64,000 nt of DNA, taken from the IMG/VR virus record IMGVR_UViG_3300045988_167206, positions 32,001 through 96,000 of that record; one strand, 5' to 3'. The first letter of the stretch is position 1, and each line of letters opens with the position of its first letter. Shown here in pieces: positions 9,896-18,265 of the stretch. A model generated the notes under the pieces. It had not been told where the DNA came from and searched no databases. It was given only the letters and a program-made list of their open reading frames with translations. The position numbers and the translations under genes were made by a program. This DNA is from a virus.

Positions 9896-9934
9896 TGTAA
9901 AATTTAAAATAGTATAAAGGAGAAAATAAAAATG
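9891..9934 (+). repeat. Copy 5 of the motif, second 44-nt block
   Basis: AATAATGTAAAATTTAAAATAGTATAAAGGAGAAAATAAAAATG. It overlaps the stop of the upstream gene and supplies the RBS and ATG of the small ORF at 9932. Confidence 0.85.
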
Positions 9935-10096
9935 CCGCCAGTATTTGTATTTTTAGTAATCTGTGGAGCTGTTGCGGTATGGTTCCTTCTTTCGGGAATC
10001 TTTCAGCCTCTTGGAAGATTCCTTGGAAGGATCTGGAGTGACGCATGTGATGAAATAGAGAAAGAAAATAAAGAAGAAGACAAGGAGAACAAATAA
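9932..10096 (+). CDS. Small membrane protein (54 aa), not in the ORF track
   Basis: MPPVFVFLVICGAVAVWFLLSGIF... has one TM helix and an acidic/basic tail. RBS AAGGAGA. Its stop overlaps the next start (TAATG). Confidence 0.5.
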   Translation: MPPVFVFLVICGAVAVWFLLSGIFQPLGRFLGRIWSDACDEIEKENKEEDKENK

Positions 10097-11046
10097 TGAA
10101 GAATGGTAAATTAGGAGCAATTGGATTAGCAGTATTTATTATCGCAGGATTAATTTGTGTAAATAAATGTACGATTCGAGTGCCGGCTGGTTATGTAGCG
10201 GTCGAGTATAAACCTAACGGGGGAATTGCAAAAGAAGCATTAGGTCAGGGATGGCATATTATTTCTCCGACTATTAAAACATCACTTTATTCTATTGGAA
10301 TTGAACAGTCTTATCTTACATCTGAGGATAAAGGTGATTCACCGAAGGACGAAAGTTTCAAGACACCTACAGCAGATGGTAAACAGCTTCTTGTAGATCT
10401 TGAGTTTTCTTATAAGTTTGATCAGGATACAGTCTCTGACGTATTTACAAGATTTAAAGGGCAGTCTGGAGAAGCTGTAAAAAATACTTTTATTAAACCT
10501 AAAATGAAAGCTTGGACTCAGGAAGTAACTGCAAAATATCCTGTTACAGATGTTTTTGGAGACAAACGACAGGAACTGAACGAAGCCCTTGATGCATACT
10601 TAAAACAGAAATTTGAACCATACGGAATTATTATTGATACTGTAAACTTTACTTCCATTTCTACAGATGATGAAACTCAGGCAGCAATTCAGAAGAAAGT
10701 AAATGCACAGCAGGAACTTGAGCTTGCAAATATTGAAGCTAAGACAGCAAAAGTACAGGCTGATAAAGATAAAGAAGTAGCTCTTATTGCAGCGGAGCAG
10801 GATAAAGAGAAAGCCGCTATTCAGGCAGAGCAGGCAAAAATTACAGCACAAGGACAGGCTGAAGCTGTAAAAATTAAAGCTCAGGCAGAAGCTCAGGCGA
10901 ATAAAGAAATTGCAGAATCGCTTACTCCAGAACTGATTGAGAAGCAGAAGATTGACAAATGGAATGGTGAGGTTCCGAAAATCCAGGGTGGAGATGCTTC
11001 TACAATTGTTGATACCAAGGATATGACTGAGGACGCAGCAGAATAA
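10096..11046 (+). CDS. SPFH/band-7 (prohibitin/flotillin-like) membrane protein
   Basis: N-terminal TM (LGAIGLAVFIIAGLICV), an SPFH-like core (VPAGYVAVEYK...GWHIISP...DGKQLLVDLEFSYKF) and a C-terminal A/E/K/Q coiled coil. Confidence 0.8.
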   Translation: MKNGKLGAIGLAVFIIAGLICVNKCTIRVPAGYVAVEYKPNGGIAKEALGQGWHIISPTIKTSLYSIGIEQSYLTSEDKGDSPKDESFKTPTADGKQLLVDLEFSYKFDQDTVSDVFTRFKGQSGEAVKNTFIKPKMKAWTQEVTAKYPVTDVFGDKRQELNEALDAYLKQKFEPYGIIIDTVNFTSISTDDETQAAIQKKVNAQQELELANIEAKTAKVQADKDKEVALIAAEQDKEKAAIQAEQAKITAQGQAEAVKIKAQAEAQANKEIAESLTPELIEKQKIDKWNGEVPKIQGGDASTIVDTKDMTEDAAE

Positions 11047-11057
11047 TTTGAATTTGC

Positions 11058-11087
11058 CCTATGCACGACTTTAACATCGTGCATAGG
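11058..11087 (+). other. Perfect 11-bp stem hairpin without a U tract
   Basis: CCTATGCACGA, 8-nt loop, TCGTGCATAGG. It is followed directly by the RBS of the next gene. Possible RNA processing or stability element or weak attenuator. Confidence 0.4.
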
Positions 11088-11101
11088 AATTAGGAGAAAA
11101 T

Positions 11102-11509
11102 ATGACATTAGATGGAATTATTAAAACTCATAAAATATTTAAAGATAAACCATGGATCATATTGAAGAAGAGAGAGATTAATATTCCTTTTAAGAAGAAA
11201 TACATTGAAGTCTGTGAATATTATTATGACTTAGAAGACAGGCCGGAGTTCAATAACTGGATTGATGTTGAAGGTATTGGATATGGTTGGATGTGGTGTG
11301 CTAATAAACTTAGAAGTAAATTTGAATTTTTGCAGCGTAGAGCAGTTAAAAAATACGCTTTGGGTTTATTAAAAACGATCGATGATGATACAGACATGGT
11401 AGCTTTTTACTATAGAAATCTTTTTGTTTGTGGATTCATTCCTAAAGATAATCCAACGATTTATATTCAGATCAGATTGAGCAATGAAGAGTTACATTAT
11501 AGTTTTTGA
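11102..11509 (+). CDS. Hypothetical protein (135 aa)
   Basis: ORF with RBS AGGAGA. No recognisable motif. Confidence 0.65.
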   Translation: MTLDGIIKTHKIFKDKPWIILKKREINIPFKKKYIEVCEYYYDLEDRPEFNNWIDVEGIGYGWMWCANKLRSKFEFLQRRAVKKYALGLLKTIDDDTDMVAFYYRNLFVCGFIPKDNPTIYIQIRLSNEELHYSF

Positions 11510-11519
11510 GGTAGAAAAT

Positions 11520-11885
11520 ATGATTGTAGGAAAAATTGGAAAGTTTAATTCACATAAATGTAATAAATGTGGTAGCGACGTTATGTTTATAAAAGTAAAA
11601 GGAAATAACGTTGGATTATATTGTCATGAGTGTGGCACCTGGCAGAAATGGCTAAATAAAAGTGAAAGAAATCTATTTGAAGCCAGTCAAAATAGAACAA
11701 TTGAAGAGCGACTGAAAGACTTTATTGACGCAATTGAAAATAAAATTGATGTAGAAATGATGGAACTTCCAAAATCTGACGCAGATCAAATCAGAAAGAA
11801 TGCCTGCTGTTTAGCATTAGAACAATGTAAGACATCGCTTGAAAATATTTTGGCCGATAGGGAATTCAATGATTATGGGAAATAA
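11520..11885 (+). CDS. Zinc-ribbon protein (121 aa)
   Basis: CNKCGS..(17)..CHECG. Start set to the ATG at 11520, preceded by GAGG. Confidence 0.6.
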   Translation: MIVGKIGKFNSHKCNKCGSDVMFIKVKGNNVGLYCHECGTWQKWLNKSERNLFEASQNRTIEERLKDFIDAIENKIDVEMMELPKSDADQIRKNACCLALEQCKTSLENILADREFNDYGK

Positions 11886-11886
11886 G

Positions 11887-12588
11887 ATGGTTGAAGACAA
11901 AGTTTGTATTGTTTCTGCACCAAGTATATATGAGCCTTATGATTTGGTCGGAAGAATTGGGAAAATTATAAGGGCAGATATAACACTAAACAAAATAGTG
12001 TATGGAATAAAGCTTAATTGCGGATTAATAAATGCAGGAAGAGACGATGGATTATTTTACCTTAATAAAAATGATTTTTGTGTTATTTTTCCACCACAAA
12101 AACCATCTAGTCTTACAAATGATATTACATATGCAAATTTAAAAGAAGAAGAGGAGAGTAAAAATATGGCAGCATTAACAGGATTTAAAGCGGTAGCAGT
12201 AATTGAACAGGGTACAGGATATTATAAAAAAGATTATCATTATGCGATTTATGATGATGGAACAACATATATGCCAGGAGATAAAGTATATGTTTCTGGT
12301 ACTAGCAATACCTGTATTTTAAAAATTAAAGAAATTATTACGCCAAAAGAAGCTGCGGATAGATGTAAGAAAAATATTACCGCAGAGATTATTTGTAGAG
12401 TTAATACAGAAGCTTACGATACAAGGGTTAATCAGCGTAAAGAAGCTGCGGCTCTAAAAAAAGAAATGGATAAAATGATTAAACAAATGGACGAGACAAA
12501 GAAGTATGATATGTATGCAGCTGAAAACCCAGAATTAAAAGAAATGCTTGATAGATATAAAGAACTTAGAGGTGAGAAATATGAATAA
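11887..12588 (+). CDS. Hypothetical protein (233 aa)
   Basis: Start set to the ATG at 11887, just after the upstream stop. An internal in-frame GAGGAGAG-ATG at about 12163 could give a shorter product. Confidence 0.6.
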   Translation: MVEDKVCIVSAPSIYEPYDLVGRIGKIIRADITLNKIVYGIKLNCGLINAGRDDGLFYLNKNDFCVIFPPQKPSSLTNDITYANLKEEEESKNMAALTGFKAVAVIEQGTGYYKKDYHYAIYDDGTTYMPGDKVYVSGTSNTCILKIKEIITPKEAADRCKKNITAEIICRVNTEAYDTRVNQRKEAAALKKEMDKMIKQMDETKKYDMYAAENPELKEMLDRYKELRGEKYE

Positions 12589-12724
12589 AATAATCAAATT
12601 TATCATTTGTACTATATGCTACGCAGGGATATTAAGAATAGCTAATGTTGAGATTGCAAGTGCGGAATATTGGATTGTAGTAATATTATTAATTATTGAA
12701 AGTGTAGCGTGGGGTACATATTAA
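12581..12724 (+). CDS. Small hydrophobic protein (47 aa), not in the ORF track
   Basis: MNKIIKFIICTICYAGILRIANVEIASAEYWIVVILLIIESVAWGTY. RBS GAGGTGAG. Overlaps both neighbours, with TAATG at 12722-12726. Confidence 0.45.
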   Translation: MNKIIKFIICTICYAGILRIANVEIASAEYWIVVILLIIESVAWGTY

Positions 12725-13461
12725 TGATTTGGGTTACAGGTGATACTCATGGTGATTGGGTCCATAGATTAAATATGGATACCTTCCCGGAACAAAAAGA
12801 AATGACAAAAGAAGATTATGTGATTATCTGTGGTGACTTCGGAATTTGGAGAGATAGTGCCCAACAAAGATGGTATTTAAAATGGCTTGAAGAAAGAAAT
12901 TTTACCACACTATTTATAGACGGAAATCATAGTAACTTTGATGTACTTGATTCTTACCCGGTATCTGAATGGCATGGTGGAAAAGTACATTTTATAAATC
13001 CATCAGTAATTCATCTTATGAGAGGGCAAATATTTAATATAGAAGAAAAAATATTTTTTACTTTTGGTGGTGCTGCCAGTTACGATATTCAAGATGGAAT
13101 TCTTGAGATTGATGATCCAAGAATTAAATCCTGGAGAAAAGATCCATATAAAATGTATAGAGTCAACCATGTATCATGGTGGAAACAAGAGATGCCTGAC
13201 GAAGAAGAAATGGCTGAAGGAAGAGAGAATCTTGAATTAGCAGGTAATAAAGTGGATTTTGTTGTTACTCATTGTGCTCCATCATCTACTCAGGCCATAT
13301 TGAGCGGTGGATTTTATGAATCAGATAAGCTTACTAATTATTTGGAAACGATAAAATCTGGCATTGATTATAAAAGATGGTTTTTCGGCCATTATCATAT
13401 TAATCAAGCTGTTAGTGACAAAGACATTGCTCTATTTGAACAAATTGTGAGGATTAATTAA
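12724..13461 (+). CDS. Calcineurin-like metallophosphoesterase
   Basis: GDTHGD, CGDFG, DGNHSNFD, VTHCAP and GHYH motifs in the canonical order. Start set to the ATG at 12724, coupled to the upstream small ORF. Confidence 0.85.
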   Translation: MIWVTGDTHGDWVHRLNMDTFPEQKEMTKEDYVIICGDFGIWRDSAQQRWYLKWLEERNFTTLFIDGNHSNFDVLDSYPVSEWHGGKVHFINPSVIHLMRGQIFNIEEKIFFTFGGAASYDIQDGILEIDDPRIKSWRKDPYKMYRVNHVSWWKQEMPDEEEMAEGRENLELAGNKVDFVVTHCAPSSTQAILSGGFYESDKLTNYLETIKSGIDYKRWFFGHYHINQAVSDKDIALFEQIVRIN

Positions 13462-13613
13462 TTTATTATTAGTAAATAAGGAATTAAATAATCGAAAAGG
13501 ACACGCTTCATATAGACATAAAGGTGCTTATGGTCCAGCAGATAATTATTCAAAACATGATAAGCAGCAAGTTGAAGATGGAATACAGCAAATTAAAGAA
13601 TGGGAGAATGAAG

Positions 13614-14165
13614 ATGAAAGAAGAGAAAAAGAAGGTTCTGATTGTAATTGATGTGCAGAATGATTTTGTGACAGGAGTTCTTGGAACACCGGAAGCACAA
13701 GCTATTGTACCAAATGTGAAAAAGAAATTTGATGAATATAAGAATAATAAGAGCTATGTAATTCTTACAAAGGATACTCATCATTCAGATTACGCAGATA
13801 CTTCAGAGGGCAGAAAACTTCCTGAACATTGTATGTATGGTACTAAAGGTTGGGAAATTATTGATGAACTTGATTATAAAAATCTCGATAGTTTTATGGT
13901 GTGTTGTAAACCTACATTTGGACTTGATAACTGGGATTGGGAAGAAATATTTAATACTACAGATGATTCTTTATTAGATATTGAAATTATTGGAGTATGC
14001 ACAGATATCTGTGTGATTACAAATGCTCTTCTTATTAAAACTTATTATCCAGAGGCAAAAATCACAGTGGATGCATCATGTTGCGCAGGATCAACACTGG
14101 AAAAGCATAAAGCGGCTCTTGATGTGATGGAAAGTTGCCAGATTAATGTAACCAATAGAAATTAA
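13614..14165 (+). CDS. pncA: Isochorismatase-family cysteine hydrolase, nicotinamidase-like
   Basis: VLIVIDVQNDF, TKDTH and GVCTDICV (catalytic Cys context). Size of 183 aa fits from the ATG at 13614, which has GGGAGA 6 nt upstream. Confidence 0.7.
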   Translation: MKEEKKKVLIVIDVQNDFVTGVLGTPEAQAIVPNVKKKFDEYKNNKSYVILTKDTHHSDYADTSEGRKLPEHCMYGTKGWEIIDELDYKNLDSFMVCCKPTFGLDNWDWEEIFNTTDDSLLDIEIIGVCTDICVITNALLIKTYYPEAKITVDASCCAGSTLEKHKAALDVMESCQINVTNRN

Positions 14166-14188
14166 ATTAAACAATGGAGGAAATTAAA

Positions 14189-14797
14189 ATGATGAATAAT
14201 TTTATGAATGGAATGTTTGGGAAAATTGGTAGTGGAATGTGTAAGTTATCCATGAGCGGTAATATTGCAGTAAAAACTTCCAATGGATATAAGAGCTACA
14301 ATGTTAAATCCGGAAAGCTCACAAACTGTGGCAATTTCGTATTTCCTGGAGTAGATGAAAACTTCTTCTTCGTCATTCCAACAAATAAGGTAGCTAAAGG
14401 AGACATCATCCTTGTAAATGGCAAGCCAAAATGTGTTATTGAGGCAGACAAAACCAAGATCACTGTAATTAATTATGAAGATTCAACAATTGAAACAATT
14501 TTACCAGAACGTCACGTATTTATGGGTAATACATATTTTTATGGAAAAATTGTTTCAATGTTTGGAAGTAATTTTGGCAAAGACAAAAATAGTGCAAATA
14601 AAATTTTTAAATATATGATGATGACTCAGATGATGGGCGGATCTTCTACATCTGGCATTGGGATAGATAGTAATCCAATGAATGCCATGATGCCATTTAT
14701 GATGATGAATGGCAATATTGGAGACATGTTTGATGGCATGCTTGATTTTGATATGGATGACACAGATGAAGAGGTTGATTTAGAGGAGGATGAATAA
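14189..14797 (+). CDS. Met-rich protein with an acidic C-terminal tail (202 aa)
   Basis: Methionine clusters (MMNNFMNGMF, KYMMMTQMMGG, MNAMMPFMMMNGN) and a DFDMDDTDEEVDLEEDE tail. RBS GGAGG 7 nt upstream. Confidence 0.6.
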   Translation: MMNNFMNGMFGKIGSGMCKLSMSGNIAVKTSNGYKSYNVKSGKLTNCGNFVFPGVDENFFFVIPTNKVAKGDIILVNGKPKCVIEADKTKITVINYEDSTIETILPERHVFMGNTYFYGKIVSMFGSNFGKDKNSANKIFKYMMMTQMMGGSSTSGIGIDSNPMNAMMPFMMMNGNIGDMFDGMLDFDMDDTDEEVDLEEDE

Positions 14798-14799
14798 TT

Positions 14800-15696
14800 A
14801 TGGGATGTGGAAATTGGGATACTAAAAGTTTTGTATCTTATGCATCATCAAGAGGATTTGATACTGATACGCGAGGAGTAATCAGAGGAGATTATTCTAA
14901 TCAGGAAATGTTTAAAGCTAAAAAACTTGATCCTGCGCTTGATCCTAAAAATGCAATTAGAGAATGCTGCGATAGTGAAGAACATCCGAACACCTTGCCG
15001 GTTATTCTTGCTTTAGATGTTACTGGATCAATGGGGCAAACAGCAGTAGAAATTGCAAAAAAGCTTAATGAAATTATGACAAAATTATATGAACAAATCA
15101 ATGATGTGGAATTTATGATTATGGGTATTGGTGATCTGGCATATGATGTCTATCCAATTCAGGCCTCACAGTTTGAATCGGATATTAGAATTGCAGAGCA
15201 GCTTGACAAAATTTATTTTGAATTTGGTGGCGGTAGCAATCCATATGAATCCTATACCGCAGCTTGGTATTTTGCTTCTCGTCATACAGAACTCGATTGT
15301 TGGAATAGAGGCAAAAAAGGTGTAATTATCACGATTGGAGATGAACAGCTTAATCCATATCTTCCAATATCAGGCGAATATAATGGTTTGTCTACTGCTA
15401 CAGGTGATAATCTTCAATCAAATGTCGAGACAAAAGATTTATATCTGGAAGTTGCTAAAAAATTTGATGTTTATCATATTAATGTGGACCATCGTAATTA
15501 TTATAGTACTGAACAAGAAAATATTAAAAAGTCTTTTATGGAATATCTTGATGCAGATCATTTTAGAACAATTAATAACATTGATGACATTACAGATGAA
15601 ATTGTAAAAATTGTTACAGCTGCAAATAACGAACAAACAGTAGTACTACCGATAATTTCTGCAAAAACCGATGAATCGGGAGATATTGTTTGGTAA
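14800..15696 (+). CDS. von Willebrand factor A (vWA) domain protein
   Basis: MIDAS-like LDVTGSMG, a later GGGSNPYES and ITIGDEQ. RBS GAGGAGGA. Confidence 0.7.
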   Translation: MGCGNWDTKSFVSYASSRGFDTDTRGVIRGDYSNQEMFKAKKLDPALDPKNAIRECCDSEEHPNTLPVILALDVTGSMGQTAVEIAKKLNEIMTKLYEQINDVEFMIMGIGDLAYDVYPIQASQFESDIRIAEQLDKIYFEFGGGSNPYESYTAAWYFASRHTELDCWNRGKKGVIITIGDEQLNPYLPISGEYNGLSTATGDNLQSNVETKDLYLEVAKKFDVYHINVDHRNYYSTEQENIKKSFMEYLDADHFRTINNIDDITDEIVKIVTAANNEQTVVLPIISAKTDESGDIVW

Positions 15697-15705
15697 GGAG
15701 AAAAT

Positions 15706-16809
15706 ATGAAAGATATAAAAATTGTCATTGGAGCAAATTTCGGTGACGAGGGAAAGGGTAAACTTACAGATTATTATACTAAAGATAAAAATAATTGTAT
15801 TGTTGTTTGCTCAAATGGAGGAGCGCAGAGAGGACATACAGTATTGAAACCTAATGGGATACGTCATGTTTTTCATCATTTTGGTTCCGGGACATTAAAT
15901 GGAGCCGATACATATTTACCAGAGGATTTTATTTTAAATCCTCTGGTGTTTAAAGAAGAATGGGATGAATTAAAAAAAATGGGATTTGAACCGCATGTAT
16001 ATGCCAATAAAAAGTATATGATTACAAATCCTCTTGATATGATGGCTAATCAAATAATTGAAAGAAATCGCAAAGATAACAAACATGGTAGCTGCGGAAT
16101 GGGAATCTATAATACCATTCAAAGACATAAAAATGACATTATAGATTATTTGGATTCCTGGGCATATTATATGAATATGTTCAGAAGGATGAAAATTACT
16201 TTATCAGAAGAAGAAGCTGAATTATTCGACCAATATAAAAAAGGAAAAGAGATTCGTCTTCATTATTTTAAAGATTTGGATTTTATGATGGAACATATAA
16301 AAATTGTTCAGGATGATCAAATATTAAATAAATATGACACAATAGTATTCGAAAATGGCCAAGGATTGCTTCTCGATCAGAATAATATGGAATATTATCC
16401 ACATCTTACTCCGTCAAATACTGGTATAAAAAATCCTTCCAGGATTATAAAAGCAGTAAATTGGGACGCTGAAATTAACGTAGAGGCATGCTATGTAACC
16501 CGTTCATATATGACAAGACATGGAGCAGGTGCATTCCCAACTGAATGTAATAAGACAGAGATAAATACAGATATAACAGACTTAACTAATGTACCTAATC
16601 CACATCAGGACGTTTTAAGATATGGAACACTTGATGTAAATGAATTATACGATAGATGCCAAAGGGATGTAAAAGTCGCTGGCATTCCATGTCATAAAGT
16701 GTTAGCTATAACTCAAGTAAATGCATGTAAATCAATTATTCCATATATTTATAAAAAATTCAAAAAAAATAATTGGAATATAAAATTTTTTCATTTGGAG
16801 GAGAATTAA
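15706..16809 (+). CDS. Short (archaeal-size) adenylosuccinate synthetase family protein, PurA/PurZ-like
   Basis: GANFGDEGKGK P-loop, GGAQRGHTV (PurA has GGHNAGHT), FENGQGLLLD and TRHGAGAFPTE (PurA has TRVGxGPFPTE). 367 aa. Confidence 0.8.
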   Translation: MKDIKIVIGANFGDEGKGKLTDYYTKDKNNCIVVCSNGGAQRGHTVLKPNGIRHVFHHFGSGTLNGADTYLPEDFILNPLVFKEEWDELKKMGFEPHVYANKKYMITNPLDMMANQIIERNRKDNKHGSCGMGIYNTIQRHKNDIIDYLDSWAYYMNMFRRMKITLSEEEAELFDQYKKGKEIRLHYFKDLDFMMEHIKIVQDDQILNKYDTIVFENGQGLLLDQNNMEYYPHLTPSNTGIKNPSRIIKAVNWDAEINVEACYVTRSYMTRHGAGAFPTECNKTEINTDITDLTNVPNPHQDVLRYGTLDVNELYDRCQRDVKVAGIPCHKVLAITQVNACKSIIPYIYKKFKKNNWNIKFFHLEEN

Positions 16810-17063
16810 TGTATTTACATGATAGACTTATGGATTTATCTCAAAAAACAGAATGTATGGATGTAATATTACATAATGAGTTTAAAAATGATTATCCTTA
16901 TCGAGAAAATTTGCATGATGTAACATTTTTGATTGGCGAACTTATAGATATTTTACAACAATCAACTCTTACATATGATGATCTCATTCAATTAGAACAA
17001 CAATATAACGAAAGGTATGACAGCAAAATTAAACAAGAAAAAGATAATGAAATTATTTGGTAA
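16809..17063 (+). CDS. Hypothetical protein (84 aa)
   Basis: ATG coupled to the upstream stop (TAATG), preceded by GGAGGAG. Confidence 0.55.
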   Translation: MYLHDRLMDLSQKTECMDVILHNEFKNDYPYRENLHDVTFLIGELIDILQQSTLTYDDLIQLEQQYNERYDSKIKQEKDNEIIW

Positions 17064-17075
17064 AGGAGTCTACAT

Positions 17076-17894
17076 ATGATTAAGATTAATAATAATGTAT
17101 TTAAGCCAGAATATTTTCCGGATGGAACGATGAAATTAAAACTTGATGGAGATATAAATTATTGGATTTATTGGCTTTATGATTCAGAAGATGAATTACT
17201 CCAGCTTTATTACATTATGAATTATATTGATGAAAATCATGCACAATCAAGTACATCATTATTTATGCCATATATTCCAAATGCTAGATTTGACCGAACT
17301 AAAAATTATTATGAAATTTTTACCTTAAAATATTTCGCTAAATTTATTAATTATCTTCATTTTGATGAAGTGATAGTATTTGATCCTCATTCACATGTAT
17401 CCGAAGCGTTAATTGATAGGCTTTGCATTCATAACCCTTTAAATTCAATTATTAAAACCATTAAAAAGATTACAAATACATCAAAAGAGTTACTTTTATT
17501 TTTTCCAGATGAAGGAAGCACAAAAAGATATGAGAATGTAATTAAAACATATTCAGAATCTCCATATACTTTCGGTATTAAAAACAGGGATTGGGTCACA
17601 GGAGAGATTAAAGGATTATCTGTAAACGGACAAGTTGATCAGATCAAAGATAGAGACGTACTTATTATTGATGATATTTGCAGCAAAGGTGGCACGTTTT
17701 ATCACAGTGCTAAAAAACTTAAAGAACTTGGCGCGAATAAGATTTATCTTTATGTAAGTCATTGTGAAAATACAATTTATGCTGGAGAATTGCTTAAAGA
17801 TAACGGATTGATTGAAAAAATTTTCACTACAGATAGCATTTTAACAGATCTTACAAGTCCTAAAATTGAATTAGTAGAGGAGTGGAGAAAATAA
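17076..17894 (+). CDS. Ribose-phosphate pyrophosphokinase family protein (Prs-like, candidate ADP-ribose pyrophosphokinase Adps)
   Basis: PRPP-binding loop DVLIIDDICSKGGTF and FDPHS. At 272 aa it is shorter than housekeeping Prs. It lies next to a Nampt-family gene. Confidence 0.75.
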   Translation: MIKINNNVFKPEYFPDGTMKLKLDGDINYWIYWLYDSEDELLQLYYIMNYIDENHAQSSTSLFMPYIPNARFDRTKNYYEIFTLKYFAKFINYLHFDEVIVFDPHSHVSEALIDRLCIHNPLNSIIKTIKKITNTSKELLLFFPDEGSTKRYENVIKTYSESPYTFGIKNRDWVTGEIKGLSVNGQVDQIKDRDVLIIDDICSKGGTFYHSAKKLKELGANKIYLYVSHCENTIYAGELLKDNGLIEKIFTTDSILTDLTSPKIELVEEWRK

Positions 17895-18262
17895 TGAAAC
17901 CAATTATTAGTCCTTGGACGATTTATTTTGCCAGTAGAGTAGATTCTTTGAAAATTCTTGCTGGGTGTATTTTAGTATGTTGCATAATTGCGATATGCAT
18001 AGCATTCATTGAGGGCGATATAGACTACGGATCAGTATTAACTCATAGAAGTTTCATGAAGAAATGTGTAATAATATCTATTATCAGTGCGGTTGTTTTG
18101 GTAATCACGCCAAGTACAGAAACAGTTTATACAATGGTAGTAGCAAATGAAATTACACCAGACAATATTCAAGCATTTGGTAAAACTGGTAAGAATGTAG
18201 TTGATTACATTACAGATCAGATTGACAAAATTATAAATAAAGATGACGAAAAGGAGAAGTAG
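17894..18262 (+). CDS. Membrane protein (122 aa, two predicted TM helices)
   Basis: ILAGCILVCCIIAICIAFI and VIISIISAVVLVI. Start coupled by TAATG to the Prs-like stop. Confidence 0.6.
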   Translation: MKPIISPWTIYFASRVDSLKILAGCILVCCIIAICIAFIEGDIDYGSVLTHRSFMKKCVIISIISAVVLVITPSTETVYTMVVANEITPDNIQAFGKTGKNVVDYITDQIDKIINKDDEKEK

Positions 18263-18265
18263 AAT

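Noticed and set aside
15128-15607. Two plus-strand alternative-frame ORFs (15128-15325, 15335-15607) inside the vWA gene.
   Set aside because: They are in a different frame of the same strand within a gene with clear MIDAS motifs. The peptides are low-complexity I/L/M-rich and have no RBS.
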